This document shows positions 62,011 through 64,000 of a stretch of DNA of 64,000 bases, piece by piece. A program made the position numbers and the translations under genes. The DNA is taken from the NCBI GenBank assembly GCA_943704415.1, contig CALSCO010000649.1, positions 1-64,000 of the forward strand. The letters run 5' to 3'. The notes beneath the pieces were generated by a model. The model did not search any database. It was given only the letters and a program-made list of their open reading frames with translations, and was not told the origin of the DNA. How positions within the stretch are numbered: position 1 is the first letter of the stretch; every line of letters begins with the position of its first letter. The DNA comes from Parvularia atlantis (lineage: Eukaryota).

Positions 62011-64000
62011 TCACATGACACGGTTGTCGACCTGCTCAAAGACACTCTCGAGCAGCGTGTGGCCGTTGATGAGCTTGGTCGTGGCGATGATGTAGTCGCG
62101 TTGCCCTACAACAGCCGGTCGGCGTTCAAACTCACGCATGCCCCGACGCGACGCACCCTCCTGCTGCTGCGCCAGGAACCGCAGCGCCGCAATCTCCGTG
62201 AACGTGCACCCGCCCAGGAAGAAGACCATCGTCACCTTGGGCGCGGCCGCCCCGCCAAAGTTGCCTGCGCACGCGCCTGTCAGTTACCGCCGACCAATCA
62301 CAAGCGCGCCCACGCACGCTTCATCTGCAGCCCCGCCGGCAGGGCCTGCGTCTCCTCAAAGGTCGGCCCGGGCAGTACCTTGAGCGCGTCCTCGATCGAC
62401 TTCCACCCGCCCTTGGCGTTGAGGTTCTGCACGAGGCGGACCGAGAGCGGCGCGTAGCCCGAGTAGACGTAGGCGATGTCGTCGGGCTCGCGCTCGTTGA
62501 TCTCGTCCACGACCAGGCGCAGGCTCTGCGGCCACCAGGCGTCAGCAAACGCACGGCACACGGCGGGAAGCGCACTTTGCGGATCGCCGGGTAGGCGTTC
62601 TTGCCCTCGCTCTTCTTCAGCAGACCGACCTTCTCAAGGTTGTTGAGCGTGAAGATCTTCTCGTAGCCGTAAGACTGCGCACGGCACTGTCAGCTCCGCC
62701 GCCGCGCGCGCACAACCCGCACGACGCGCGTGCCTGCAGGATGTCGCGCCGCAGCGACTCGAGCACCTTGGGCTTGAGCCCGTTGCTCGTGAGCGAGTAC
62801 AGGCACAGCAGCCGCAGCACCTGCCACCCCTGTTCAGCCTCCAAAGTTCGCTCACCTGGCCGCGCAGCACCTTTGTCAGCGGCTCCTGCTTGTAGATCAG
62901 CTCCTCGATGTACTCGACGTTGAGCGGGTTGTCGGTGCCACTGACTAGGTCTGCTTGCGCAATCAGCTTGCGCTCACTGCTGCAGGCGCGCGCACTTTGC
63001 TCGACCTCGAGCTTGCGGTGAAACTCGACATCGCGCGTCACGTTCGAGATCTGCTCAGCGATATTTGTGTCTAAACGCGCCCACACGCGTGAGCAGCAGC
63101 AGAGCACGCGCGCCGCGACCGCACGCACGGATGCGCAGCGACTGGTGCTCCATCTGAATCGACGTCAGCTTGCCGATAAACTCGCGGATCTGCGACACGG
63201 TCTTGGCCGCGTGGCGCTCCTGCAGGCGGGCCGTGAGCGCTCGCCTTATTGCGCGACATGCACGTGCCTCGTACTCGGCGTTGATGCGCTTGGCCGACTT
63301 GTTCAGAATCGGGCCGACGACGGCAAAGTTCTTGTCGCGCAGCTGTGTGCCGCACGCGTCACAAGCCGTGTCGCCTCGCCAGTGCCACGCACTCCGCGGT
63401 AGAGCGAGTCTGAGCCAAACAGGCCGATCTTGCGCCGGTCCTTCTGGCCGGTGATGGCCGGGTCGAGGTCGACGTAGGCTGCGCGCACCGCGCGTCAGCG
63501 GCACGATATTGCCGAGAGCGCGCACCACGCACAGTTCTGGATCCCGTACAACTCGTCGATCAGGCCCTCGTACGTCAGCTGCGAGCACATCGGCGTGATC
63601 ATGTCCTGCGACGCACACGCACGTGAGCGTCGCGCCGTCCATAGCATGTCATGCGCACCACGCTGCGGTCGATCAGCACAAGGTTGTCAATCTCGGGCGC
63701 GACCTGGGCGTCGTCCGCGCCGACCTCGCGGCGCATACGCAAGATCATGTCTGTGACCATCTGGCGCCAGCAGTGTCAGCGATACCGTACAACGTCGCCG
63801 GTTGGGCCCACCCGCGCGCAGTGGCCCTTGCCGTGGATCCTGGGGATGATGCCAAAGAGCGACTGCAGGCGCATGAGCGAGCGCGCGACGTAGTACAGCG
63901 ACGTGCGGTCGCCCTCCTGCGTGGGCGGTCAGTCGTGGCTGCATGACCGGTGGGCGCAGGTCGCACCAGGAAAAACTCGCGGAAGGATGTGTCGATCTCG
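62011..64000 (-). CDS. VPS33: Vacuolar protein sorting 33 (Sec1/Munc18 family); 5' end outside the window
   Basis: [52 protein letters not shown]...[25 protein letters not shown] and [18 protein letters not shown]. Confidence 0.96.

Overview
GC-rich (~70% by eye) eukaryotic nuclear DNA with very dense genes and many short introns (about 45-80 nt; donor GTGCGY, branch-like CTGAC/CTCAC/CTAAC, 3' YAG/AAG, almost no polypyrimidine tract). It is not prokaryotic, so most long ORFs in the six-frame track are antisense or off-frame artefacts. Splicing by hand gives about 30 genes: RMC1, ArfGAP-UBA, RhoGAP, PPR protein, SF3A1, ARID-LRR, an unrecognised five-repeat protein, an RlmM-like methyltransferase, BUB2-like TBC, Ank-SAM-VHL-like, BCAS2, TMA7, HFM1/MER3, UMP-CMP kinase, GT92-like, sulfatase, WASH1, SRP19, PX-BAR, WBP4-like, TALE homeobox, MAPK phosphatase, TPT transporter, TTC36, RasGAP, VPS39/TGFBRAP1, PDZ protein, MED9, a RING ORF, PAP2 and VPS33. 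The gene set suggests a unicellular amorphean or opisthokont-like protist (inference only). The most striking item is the minus-strand gene at ~16.3-22.2 kb: five tandem copies of an unrecognised ~140-aa domain, each encoded by the same pair of phase-0-flanked exons, followed by CSD-like, C2H2 and SAM-like domains, and lying head-to-head with a bacterial-type RlmM. Also notable: same-strand gene gaps of only 13-62 nt, 12 GC-AG introns, two start codons split by an intron, and a repeated CCAAT/TGACGT bidirectional promoter module. All exon boundaries were read manually, and all protein identities are from motif recognition rather than database searches.
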